Shown here one piece after another: positions 39,472-48,067 of a DNA stretch of 64,000 nucleotides; position 1 is the stretch's first letter; each line of letters opens with the position of its first letter. Both the position numbers and the translations under genes were made by a program. The stretch is from Candidatus Limnocylindria bacterium (GTDB lineage: Bacteria; Chloroflexota; Limnocylindria; P2-11E). The notes below the pieces were generated by a model, which did not search any database, was not told the DNA's origin, and was given only the letters and a program-made list of their open reading frames with translations. Location: NCBI GenBank assembly GCA_046262615.1, contig JBHEML010000003.1, positions 16,529-80,528 of the forward strand, read 5' to 3'.

Positions 39472-41811
39472 GTGGTCCTCGGCGTGCTGCTCGGCCTGCT
39501 CGGCCTCGGGGTCGTCGGAACGCTCGTGGCGTTCGCCTACTTCACCGACGACCTGCCCTCGGTGGCCGACCTTTCGAAGGACCCCCTCGCGCAGTCGACG
39601 AACGTCTACGACCGGGACGGGAAGACGCTGCTGTACCAGTTCGAGGTGGAGCAGCGGGAGATCGTCACCTTTGACCAGCTGCCGAGGAGCCTGGTCGACG
39701 CGACCGTCGCGGCGGAGGACAAGAGCTTCTTCTCCAATCCCGGGGTGGACCTTTTGGGGATCGCCCGCGCCATCTTCTCCGACCTCACCCACCGCGGCAG
39801 CGGACAGGGTGGCGCCTCGACGATCACCCAGCAGCTCGTGAAGCAGCGCATCGTGGGCAACGAATCGAGCATCAAGCGCAAGGTGCGCGAGGCGATCCTG
39901 GCCATCCAGGCGACGCGGACGTATTCCAAGAACGAGATCCTGACGCTGTACTTCAACCAGATCTACTACGGGAACCAGGCTTACGGTGTGAAAGCCGCCG
40001 CGCAGACGTACTTCGGCAAACCGGATCTGCGCACGCTGACCATCGCCGAGTCGGCCCTGCTGGCGGGCCTGCCCCAGGCGCCCTCGATCCTCGACCCGTC
40101 GCAGGTGCAGAACGCGGCGCGCGCTAAGGCCCGCCGGTCGTACGTGCTCGATCAGATGGTCGACACGGGCGCGATCACCGAGCAGCAGCGCGCGACGGCG
40201 GAGGCGGAACCGATCAAGACGGTAGGGCCGCGGGTGGCGTCGATCACCGCGCCGCACTTCGTGTTCCAGGTGCGCAACCAGCTGACCGCGATCCTCGGCG
40301 ATGAGTCGGCGGTGACGCGGGGCGGATACAAGGTGACGACGACGCTCGACACGCGGATCCAGCAGGCCGCCGAGCGGCAGGCGAAGGAGCACGTCGATGG
40401 CCTGCACGGGAGCAACGTCTGGAACGCGGCGCTCGTATCGATGGACGCGACGAGCGGAGAGATCCTGGCCTATGTCGGGTCCGTCGACTACCAGCAGCGC
40501 GACGATCCTCGAGTGCAAGGGCAGTTCGACGTCGCCGGAATCGGGCTGCGCCAGCCGGGCTCGTCGTTCAAGCTGTTCAACTACCTCACCGCGCTGAAGA
40601 AGGGCGCGACCGCCGCGACGGTCGTCGTGGACGCGCGCACGGACTTCGGCGGGAACTACAAGCCGGAGAACGCCGATCTCCAGTACCACGGCCCGGTGAC
40701 CATGCGGCAGGCGATCCGCGAGTCACGCAACGTGCCGGCGGTGAAGTTCCTGGCCCAATACTCGGGCGTCGCGGACACGATCCAGACCGCGCACGACCTG
40801 GGCATCACTACCGACATCGACGCGAACTCGGCCGGCCTCTCGCTCACGCTGGGCTCGAAGGAAGTGAAGCTGGTCGATATGACCAGCGCCTATGGCGTCG
40901 TCGCGAATCTCGGCGTGCGCGTGCAGCCGACGTACATCCTGAAGGTCGAGGACCCCAAGGGAAGGATCATCTGGGAGCACAAGGACTACGAGCAGCGGCG
41001 CGTCGTAGACGCGGGAACCGCATACGTGATGGTGGACATGCTCAAGGACACGACGCAGCCGGACAAGGACTTCGTGTTCGGCACCTTCACGAACATCGGC
41101 CGCCCCGCTGGCCTGAAGACGGGCACGACGGACAACCTGAAGGACGTGTATGCGGTGGGCTTCACTCCAACGCTCGTGACCGGGGTATGGATGGGCAACA
41201 GCAACGGCGAGGTCATGAGCTCCCGCGATTTCTCGAGCGCTCTTGGACCGGGTCAACTCTGGCGCGACTACATGAAGGAGATCTTTCAAGGCATCCCGGC
41301 GCGCGACTGGGAGCGGCCGCCGAACATCGTGTCCGCCGACGTCGTCGTCGCTCCGGGCGCGTTCGGTGGTTACGGCTCCGGACTCCTCCCGACCAACCTC
41401 ACTCCTTTCACGTCGAGCGAGATCTTCGTGCGCGGGACGGCACCCGCGAAGAAGGACGACTGGTACGTCGAGGGGTGCGCGGCGCCCGACGGCGGGAGGA
41501 GGGTCGTGATGCGCGTGAACGAGGCCGGCCCGGCCGCGTGGAAGCCCTTCACTGAGCAGTGGGTCAAGGAGGCCATGGCGGGCGCTCACACCTACAAGCG
41601 CTACAGCTGGAATCTCGCATCCCCCGATCCGTGTCCGAGCCCGAGCCCGAGTCCGAGCGCCACAGCTTCGCCGTCGACCACGCCGTCGCCCACGGCCCCA
41701 CCGCCGACCGCGCCACCGACGCCCTCCCCAGGCCCGCGCACGCCGAGCCCGTCGCCGACGCCCGCGCCCACGCTGCCCGCTCGCACCCCCGCGCCATCGC
41801 GCAGCCCGTGA
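39472..41811 (+). CDS. class A penicillin-binding protein (transglycosylase/transpeptidase) with Pro/Ser/Thr-rich C-terminal tail
   Basis: An N-terminal TM helix, then GT51 motifs (EDKSFFSNPGVD, GASTITQQL) and a transpeptidase domain. The last 60 aa or so are a PSPSPS/TPSP low-complexity tail. Confidence 0.85.
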   Translation: MVLGVLLGLLGLGVVGTLVAFAYFTDDLPSVADLSKDPLAQSTNVYDRDGKTLLYQFEVEQREIVTFDQLPRSLVDATVAAEDKSFFSNPGVDLLGIARAIFSDLTHRGSGQGGASTITQQLVKQRIVGNESSIKRKVREAILAIQATRTYSKNEILTLYFNQIYYGNQAYGVKAAAQTYFGKPDLRTLTIAESALLAGLPQAPSILDPSQVQNAARAKARRSYVLDQMVDTGAITEQQRATAEAEPIKTVGPRVASITAPHFVFQVRNQLTAILGDESAVTRGGYKVTTTLDTRIQQAAERQAKEHVDGLHGSNVWNAALVSMDATSGEILAYVGSVDYQQRDDPRVQGQFDVAGIGLRQPGSSFKLFNYLTALKKGATAATVVVDARTDFGGNYKPENADLQYHGPVTMRQAIRESRNVPAVKFLAQYSGVADTIQTAHDLGITTDIDANSAGLSLTLGSKEVKLVDMTSAYGVVANLGVRVQPTYILKVEDPKGRIIWEHKDYEQRRVVDAGTAYVMVDMLKDTTQPDKDFVFGTFTNIGRPAGLKTGTTDNLKDVYAVGFTPTLVTGVWMGNSNGEVMSSRDFSSALGPGQLWRDYMKEIFQGIPARDWERPPNIVSADVVVAPGAFGGYGSGLLPTNLTPFTSSEIFVRGTAPAKKDDWYVEGCAAPDGGRRVVMRVNEAGPAAWKPFTEQWVKEAMAGAHTYKRYSWNLASPDPCPSPSPSPSATASPSTTPSPTAPPPTAPPTPSPGPRTPSPSPTPAPTLPARTPAPSRSP
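41635..41658 (+). repeat. tandem hexanucleotide repeat (CCGAGC x4) inside the PBP tail
   Basis: ccgagc ccgagc ccgagt ccgagc encodes PSPSPSPS. Confidence 0.5.
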
Positions 41812-41916
41812 CGCCGCTGCGCGGTGGGGCCTCGCCCGATCCGCGGCCAGCGCTCCGCCGTAGCTGACGACGGGCGAGGACGCTTCCGCTCCAAGTGCGG
41901 CCTCTGCTGATACGAC

Positions 41917-42384
41917 GTGGCTGACGAGGAGCGCGGGCCGAGCGTGCGGGCGGTGGTCCTCGCGACCGATCGGTCTGGCCGCGTGCTGATGGTGCGCCAG
42001 CCCGGCGGCGCCTTCGCCGGCGCGTGGCTACTCCCCGGCGGCACCGTCCGCGCCCACGAGCGCATCGAGGCGGGCGCGCGCCGCGAGGTCCGAGAGGAGA
42101 CTGGGCTCGAGCTCGCCGAGTTGCGCCTGTTCGCCCTCTACGAGGTGATGAGCGTTCCGGCGGGCCGGTACCACATCGTCCTGCACCTCTTTCGCGCGGA
42201 GACGCTTCTGGCGGAGCCGGCTCCGCCGCGCGACGCGACCGTGGCGTGGCGACCTCCGGCCGGGATGCGGCTGCACCCCGCCATGCGCCGCCAGCTCCGG
42301 GACGCGCGCGTCATCGATGACGCGGATGCCGACATCGACGCTGCGCTCGCGGCCGCCGGCATCTCCATGGAGCGGCTCCTGTAA
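41917..42384 (+). CDS. NUDIX hydrolase
   Basis: Nudix box GGTVRAHERIEAGARREVREETGLEL. Confidence 0.7.
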   Translation: MADEERGPSVRAVVLATDRSGRVLMVRQPGGAFAGAWLLPGGTVRAHERIEAGARREVREETGLELAELRLFALYEVMSVPAGRYHIVLHLFRAETLLAEPAPPRDATVAWRPPAGMRLHPAMRRQLRDARVIDDADADIDAALAAAGISMERLL

Positions 42385-42387
42385 CGG

Positions 42388-45036
42388 TCATCGGAGCGCG
42401 AGCGCATCCGCGACGGCCTCATCGAGGGTCATCGCGCGACCCGCGGCCTCCGCCGCCTCAAATTCCTCCGTGGAGAGACGCTCCCCGGCCGCCTCGCGCA
42501 CGTCGACAGCGTGGATGATGACGCTCAGCGAGATGCCGCCGCCGATCTCCTCCTTCACGCGCTCGGAGGCTGCGCAGAGGCGCATGGCGCGCGCCGCATC
42601 GCCCTCCGCGAGCACGACCTCGGCACAGTAGTCGAGCCCAGTGGCGAGCGGAAGCAGGAGTCCATTCTTCCGGGCGAGCGTGAGCATCCGGGAGTAGTTC
42701 GCGAGGCCCGGCTCCCTGTCTCCCAGCAGCATCTGAAGGCGACCGAGCATGCCGACGGTGAAGACGAGAAAATACGGCTCGTCGAAACGCTCGAGGATCT
42801 CGACGGAACGCTCTGCCTCCGCGCGCGCCGGAACAAGATCGCCCTTGTGCAGGAGGGCCGTGCCGCGCGCCAGGCCGGTCGTGCCAATGCCGATCTCCGC
42901 ACCGAGATCACGGAAGATCGCGTCGGCCTCGTCGAAGAGCCGCAGGGCGGCGTCGGCGTCGTGGACGATCATCGAGAAGCCGAACGACGCGAGCGCGTTC
43001 GCGAGTCGCGGCCGATCCCCGAGGCGTCGGAGCTCGGCCACGCTCTCCTCGCCGAGCGTACGCGCGCGCCCGTAGTCGCCACGCCACGTCGCCAGCTCCG
43101 ACCCGGCGAGCAACGTCGCCGCGCGGCCGATCGACTCGCGGGAGCCGGACCTCGCGAGCAGCGCATCCGTCGCCCGGCGCCCCTCGTCCATCCGGTTGCG
43201 CTGGACCCAGAACGGCGCCAGCGCGCCCGCCAAGCGCAGTCCCGGCTCCGGGTCCTCGCCTGCGAGCGCTCGCGCCAGTATCGAGCGGAGGTTGTCCTGG
43301 TCCGCCTCGAGCCGGGCGAAGAGAGGCGGGCCCTGCGGACCGCGGGCGTGTCTCTCCGCCTCTTCGGCGACCGACAGAAAATGGCGAGTGTGTTGCGCCC
43401 GCATGTCGATGGCCTCTCCGCTCGCCTCCAGCTGATCGACCGCGTACTCGCGGATGGTCTCGAGCATGGCGAACCTCGTAAGACCGTCGCGATCGTCGCG
43501 CGTGATGAGGCTCTGGTCGACGAGTCCGGCGAGAGCATCGACGACCTCGGATCCCCCGATCGTTCCGCCGCCGGCATCGCCGCACACGGCCTCGATCGAC
43601 TCGATCGCCGCGCCACCGACGAAGACGCCGAGACGACGGAAGAGCGCACGCTCGGGAGCCTTGAGGAGGTCGTGGCTCCACTGGATCGTTAGCCCGAGGC
43701 TGCGATGGCGCTGCGGGAGGTCGGCAGGGCCACCGGATAGCGCGTCGATCCTTTGCGCGAGACGCTCGAGGATCGCGCGCGGCGCGAAGAGACGCGTGCG
43801 TGCGGCGGCGAGCTCGATCGCGAGCGGCAGACCGTCGAGGCGGACGCAGATCTCCTGGATGGCCTGCAGTTCCTCGGTCGTGGGCGCGAAGTTCGGGCGG
43901 ACGAGGCTCGCGCGATCGACGAACAGCCGGACGGCATCGGAGCCTCCGCCTGCCGAACGGTCGTCGGCTGTCGAAAGCGACGTCGCGAGCGCCGGGACAG
44001 GGAACTCCTGCTCTCCGCTCAGGTGAAGCGGGCCCCTGCTGGTGGCGACGATGCGCACACCCTTTGACGTCGCGAAGAGATCGGCCACGGCTGGCGCCGC
44101 GTCGGGTATCTGCTCGAGATTGTCGAGCACCAGGAGCATCTGTCGTTCGCGCAGGTGCTCCCGCACGACTTCGAACATCGGCCGGTCGGTGGCCTCCGGT
44201 ATGCCGAGGGTCTGCGCGATCGCGTTCGGTATCTGCTCCGCCGAACTCGCGACAGCGAGCGGCACGAACGCGACGCCGTCGGCGAAGCGTTCGGCGACCA
44301 TACGCGCGAGGCAGATCGCGAGTCGCGTCTTCCCCGTCCCACCCGGGCCCGTCAGCGTCAGGAGGCGGTGCGCCGCGATGAGGCTGGACGCGGCCGCCAG
44401 CTCAGCCGCGCGGCCGACGAAGCTGGTCGTCTCGTCCGGCAGGAGTACGGCGCCGTGACCACGCGTGCGGAGCGGCGGGAACGCGGATGGCAATCCTTCT
44501 ATCGCGAGTTGGCAGATGCGCTCCGGCAGGTCGAGGTCCTTCAACAGGTGCTCGCCGAGGTCGCGGATCGAAGTACCGGCGGGCAACGATCGCTGCGAGA
44601 GCGCCCGGGCGGCGTCCGACAGGAGCACCTGCCCGCCGTGTCCGGCCGCGGCGATGCGCGCGGCGCGGTTGATGTCGATCCCGACGTAGTCGTCGCCTCC
44701 GCGGATCCCTTCGCCGCTGTGGAGCCCCATGCGGACGCGGACCTTCACTCCGTCCGGCCACTCGGCGGCGCCGATGGATCGCTGCGCTTCCACGGCCGCG
44801 GCCACTGCGGACGGCGCGTCACTGAAGATGACGAGGAAGGCGTCGCCTTCGGTCCCGCGCTCGACGCCACCGTGGGCGGCGAACGCCGAGCGCAGGAGCC
44901 GGTGATGCTGCTCCAGGACGCGGGTGAAGACGGCGGGACTCAGCGCCTGGGCAAGCCGCGTGGAGCCCTCGATGTCGGTGAAGAGGAAGGTGACCGTACC
45001 GACGGGTAGCTGGCTCACGCCCGGCAATGATGTCAC
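42388..45036 (-). CDS. class III adenylate/guanylate cyclase fused to STAND (NB-ARC-like) ATPase and TPR sensor
   Basis: The N-terminal cyclase homology domain reads VTFLFTDIEGSTRLAQ...GDAFLVIFSDA...RVRMGLHSGE. It is followed by the P-loop LTGPGGTGKTRLAICLA and the Walker B motif LLVLDNLEQ, then C-terminal TPR-like helical repeats. Total length is 882 aa. Confidence 0.8.
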   Translation of the reverse strand: MTSLPGVSQLPVGTVTFLFTDIEGSTRLAQALSPAVFTRVLEQHHRLLRSAFAAHGGVERGTEGDAFLVIFSDAPSAVAAAVEAQRSIGAAEWPDGVKVRVRMGLHSGEGIRGGDDYVGIDINRAARIAAAGHGGQVLLSDAARALSQRSLPAGTSIRDLGEHLLKDLDLPERICQLAIEGLPSAFPPLRTRGHGAVLLPDETTSFVGRAAELAAASSLIAAHRLLTLTGPGGTGKTRLAICLARMVAERFADGVAFVPLAVASSAEQIPNAIAQTLGIPEATDRPMFEVVREHLRERQMLLVLDNLEQIPDAAPAVADLFATSKGVRIVATSRGPLHLSGEQEFPVPALATSLSTADDRSAGGGSDAVRLFVDRASLVRPNFAPTTEELQAIQEICVRLDGLPLAIELAAARTRLFAPRAILERLAQRIDALSGGPADLPQRHRSLGLTIQWSHDLLKAPERALFRRLGVFVGGAAIESIEAVCGDAGGGTIGGSEVVDALAGLVDQSLITRDDRDGLTRFAMLETIREYAVDQLEASGEAIDMRAQHTRHFLSVAEEAERHARGPQGPPLFARLEADQDNLRSILARALAGEDPEPGLRLAGALAPFWVQRNRMDEGRRATDALLARSGSRESIGRAATLLAGSELATWRGDYGRARTLGEESVAELRRLGDRPRLANALASFGFSMIVHDADAALRLFDEADAIFRDLGAEIGIGTTGLARGTALLHKGDLVPARAEAERSVEILERFDEPYFLVFTVGMLGRLQMLLGDREPGLANYSRMLTLARKNGLLLPLATGLDYCAEVVLAEGDAARAMRLCAASERVKEEIGGGISLSVIIHAVDVREAAGERLSTEEFEAAEAAGRAMTLDEAVADALALR

Positions 45037-45092
45037 CGTGCCAGGGACCGGCGACCGGACGCCGTCAGGATGCTGTGGCGGAGGTCAACGGA

Positions 45093-47414
45093 TCACAGCC
45101 GGACGATCGTGGCGCCATCGCCGCCCTCCGCGGCGGAGGCGGGCGTCTGTTCGTGCACGAGCGGGTGCCGCGCGAGCGTCTCGCGTACCGCCGCCCGCAG
45201 CGCCCCGGTGCCCTTGCCGTGCACGATGCGAACGCGGTCGTGTCCCGCGACCGCGGCGTCGTTGAGGTAGCGGTCGAGGACCTCGAGCGCCTCCTCGGCG
45301 CGCGCGCCGCGGAGATCGAGCTGCAGCGGCGCGTTCGCGGCGGAACCGGACACCTGCGCTCGCGTGCTGACGATCGGCGAGGCTTCCCGTGCTGGAGCCG
45401 GACGAAGCTCCCCGCTTGGCACGCGAAGGCGCAGCTGGCCGGAGACGACCTCGGCGATGCCGCGGTCGTCGATCGACACGAGCGTGCCCTCCTGCGTCAT
45501 GCCGCGGATCAGCACGGGCCCGCCGATCGACACCGGAAGCGCCTGCGGGGCGACGGGCTCGGGCACGGAGTCGCGCGTCGCGCGCTCGCTCGCGGCGAGG
45601 GCCTCGCGCGCCTCCTCGACGAGGTTGCGCCGGCTGCCCTGGTCGCGCGCGTCCTCAGCCTGGCGCAGCGCGCGGCGCGCCTGGAGGATCAGCTCCTCGG
45701 ACTCGTGGCGGGCGCGCTCGCGCACACCCTCGGCCTCGTCCCCGATGCGCTCCGCCTCCGCGTGGGCGTCCGCGAGCGCCCGGGCCGCATCGGCCGCGGC
45801 GATCCGCGACTCCTCGAGGGCAGCGGCAAGCTCGGTCCGCTGACGTTCGGCAAGTTGGAGGGTGCGCTCGAGGGACCGGTGCAGCTCGGACAGGTGAGCC
45901 TCCGCGCGGTCGAGGACGGCGCGGTCCAGCCCGAGGCGCGACGCGATGGCGAAGGCGTTCGACGACCCGGGCAGTCCCACATGGACGCGATACGTCGGCC
46001 GCAGCGTCTCCGCGTCGAACTCCACGCTCGCGTTCGATACCCCTCGCGTATTGAGCGCGAACGCTTTCAGCTCGGGGTAGTGCGTGGACGCTGCGACCAG
46101 CACCCCACGCTCGAGCAGCGTCTCGAGAACCGCCATCGCGAGAGCCGCGCCCTCGTCGGGATCGGTACCTGCGCCCACCTCGTCGAGCAGCGCGATGTCT
46201 CCCCGCTCGGCATCCGCGAGCGTCGCCACGACGTTGCGCAGGTGCGATGAGAACGTCGACAGCGATTGCGCGATCGACTGCTCGTCGCCGATGTCCGCGA
46301 AGACGCGGCGCACCACGGGCAGCGCGCTACCTCGCGCGGCGGGGACCTGGAGGCCGCTCGCGGCCATGAGCTGCAACAGCCCGAGCGTCTTCAGCGTCAC
46401 CGTTTTTCCTCCGGTGTTCGGCCCCGTGATCACGAGGACGCGGAAGTCGGTGCCGAGGCGAACGTCGATCGGGACGACGTCCGACCCCTGCGTCACGAGG
46501 AGCGGGTGCCGGGCGGCGATCAGGTCCGCACGGCCATCTGCGTTTAGCGTCGGTCGCTCGCAGCCGAGCGCCTCTGCCAGGTGCGCCTTGGCAAGGATGA
46601 GGTCGATGTCCGCGAGCGCTCGAAGGACCGCGCCGAGGTCCTCAGCGGACGTCTCGACCGAACGCGAGAGGCGTTCGAGGACGCGCAGGACCTCCTGCTG
46701 CTCGGCGAGCTCGGCCTCGCGCACGGCGTTGTTCGCCTCGAGCACGTCGAGCGGTTCGATGAACACGGTCTGGCCGCTCGCCGACTGATCGTGGACGATG
46801 CCCTTCACCGCACCCCGGTATTCCGCCTTGACCGGCACCACGTAGCGCCCCGAGCGCTGCGTGACGATCGGCTCCTGCAGGAACCGTCCGAGCTCGGGCG
46901 ACCGCACGAGCGCGTCGAGCCGCTGCTGCAGCCGCGACTGGGCTGCGCGCAGCGTCGCGCGAGCGTTCGCGAGGGCGACGCTCGCGCGATCGAGCACCTC
47001 TCCTCCGCTGCCGATAGCGTGTTCGATCGCGACGGCGAGCACTTCTGGAGCCCGCGCGAAGCGCGCCTTCGCCGCGATGGGGGGATGGCCGTGCACGTCG
47101 GCGAACAGACGGCTCGCGGCGCGCGTCGTGTCGGCGATCATCAGCAGCTGGTCGGGGTCGAGCGTGCCCCCGAGGGTCGCGCGGCGCAGCGGTTCGCGGA
47201 TGTCCCGCGCCCCCGCGAGTCCGGCCGAGGGGACCGCTCGCAGCAGGGAGCGCGCGGAATCAGTCTCCTCCTGCAGCCGTTCGGCGGTGGCCAGCTCGCG
47301 CACCGGCGCGAGCGCCTCCGCCAATTCCCGTCCGGGCAGGAACGAGGTCGCATCGGCGAGCATCTCGCGAACGGTCGTGAACTCCAGCGTGGCGAGGACC
47401 TTCGCGTTATCCAC
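45093..47414 (-). CDS. mutS2: endonuclease MutS2 (MutS domain + Smr)
   Basis: GTG 47414 gives VDNAKVLATLEFTTVREMLA. The P-loop is ITGPNTGGKTVTLKTLGL, followed by a coiled-coil region and a C-terminal Smr domain (LDLRGARAEEALEVLDRYLNDA...VRIVHGKGTGALR). Confidence 0.85.
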   Translation of the reverse strand: MDNAKVLATLEFTTVREMLADATSFLPGRELAEALAPVRELATAERLQEETDSARSLLRAVPSAGLAGARDIREPLRRATLGGTLDPDQLLMIADTTRAASRLFADVHGHPPIAAKARFARAPEVLAVAIEHAIGSGGEVLDRASVALANARATLRAAQSRLQQRLDALVRSPELGRFLQEPIVTQRSGRYVVPVKAEYRGAVKGIVHDQSASGQTVFIEPLDVLEANNAVREAELAEQQEVLRVLERLSRSVETSAEDLGAVLRALADIDLILAKAHLAEALGCERPTLNADGRADLIAARHPLLVTQGSDVVPIDVRLGTDFRVLVITGPNTGGKTVTLKTLGLLQLMAASGLQVPAARGSALPVVRRVFADIGDEQSIAQSLSTFSSHLRNVVATLADAERGDIALLDEVGAGTDPDEGAALAMAVLETLLERGVLVAASTHYPELKAFALNTRGVSNASVEFDAETLRPTYRVHVGLPGSSNAFAIASRLGLDRAVLDRAEAHLSELHRSLERTLQLAERQRTELAAALEESRIAAADAARALADAHAEAERIGDEAEGVRERARHESEELILQARRALRQAEDARDQGSRRNLVEEAREALAASERATRDSVPEPVAPQALPVSIGGPVLIRGMTQEGTLVSIDDRGIAEVVSGQLRLRVPSGELRPAPAREASPIVSTRAQVSGSAANAPLQLDLRGARAEEALEVLDRYLNDAAVAGHDRVRIVHGKGTGALRAAVRETLARHPLVHEQTPASAAEGGDGATIVRL

Positions 47415-47979
47415 GTGAGGCCCCCGCTGAGCCGCGAACGACGAACCGCCACGGCTCGTGCTTGGTCGCGCCCGGATTGAGCCCGATCCGCGGCGTCCGG
47501 AGCACCCCGTCGTCGGGGACCTGGGGCGCCGAATGGATCCGGAGCGGCGAGGTGACGAGATCCCAGTTCGTCTGCGCCGTCGTGATCCCGAGCGCGCGGC
47601 ACAGCTTCCCGGGGCCGGCGAGTGCCCGCGGATCGTCGCCGAGCCCGAGCACCGGCTCTGCGCCACGGAGGAGCGCGGCGCCGGCTGTGCCGGCCCGTTC
47701 AGCGACGACGTTCATGCAGAAGTACATGCCGTAGACAAAGTAGACATAGGTCCTGCCCGGCGGTCCGAACATCGGTGCGGTACGGCCCGTAGGCGCGCCG
47801 CGGAACGCGTGAGACGCGGGATCGACGGCACCGAGATAGCCCTCGACCTCGACGAGCCGCGCCGCGCGGAAACCCTCCGGGCCCTCGTACACCAGGATCT
47901 TGCCAAGAAGGTCGCGCGCGACCTCCAGCGTCGGCCGCGCGTAGAACGAGCGCCGGAGCCGCGGGCCCAGGCGCACGAC
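47407..47979 (-). CDS. mpg: DNA-3-methyladenine glycosylase (Mpg/AAG family)
   Basis: LRRSFYARPTLEVARDLLGKILVY...LVEVEGYLG...GRTYVYFVYGMYFCMNVV are AAG-family motifs. The start is approximate (GTG about 47979). Confidence 0.7.
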   Translation of the reverse strand, partial: VVRLGPRLRRSFYARPTLEVARDLLGKILVYEGPEGFRAARLVEVEGYLGAVDPASHAFRGAPTGRTAPMFGPPGRTYVYFVYGMYFCMNVVAERAGTAGAALLRGAEPVLGLGDDPRALAGPGKLCRALGITTAQTNWDLVTSPLRIHSAPQVPDDGVLRTPRIGLNPGATKHEPWRFVVRGSAGASRG

Positions 47980-48067
47980 GCCTGTTATGCGGGGTGGGTC
48001 GACGCGTCGCCGGTCCGCCCGAAGGGTGCCGATCCGGATGGCGGGGCGGGCCGCCGGGGCACCCGCG

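Noticed and set aside
39144-39674. Plus-strand ORF with AAAAGGATATG SD-like start antisense to the tyrS start
   Set aside because: The translation is pure Arg/Pro junk. The SD-like motif is the reverse complement of the tyrS start region. It is also out of frame with the PBP gene.
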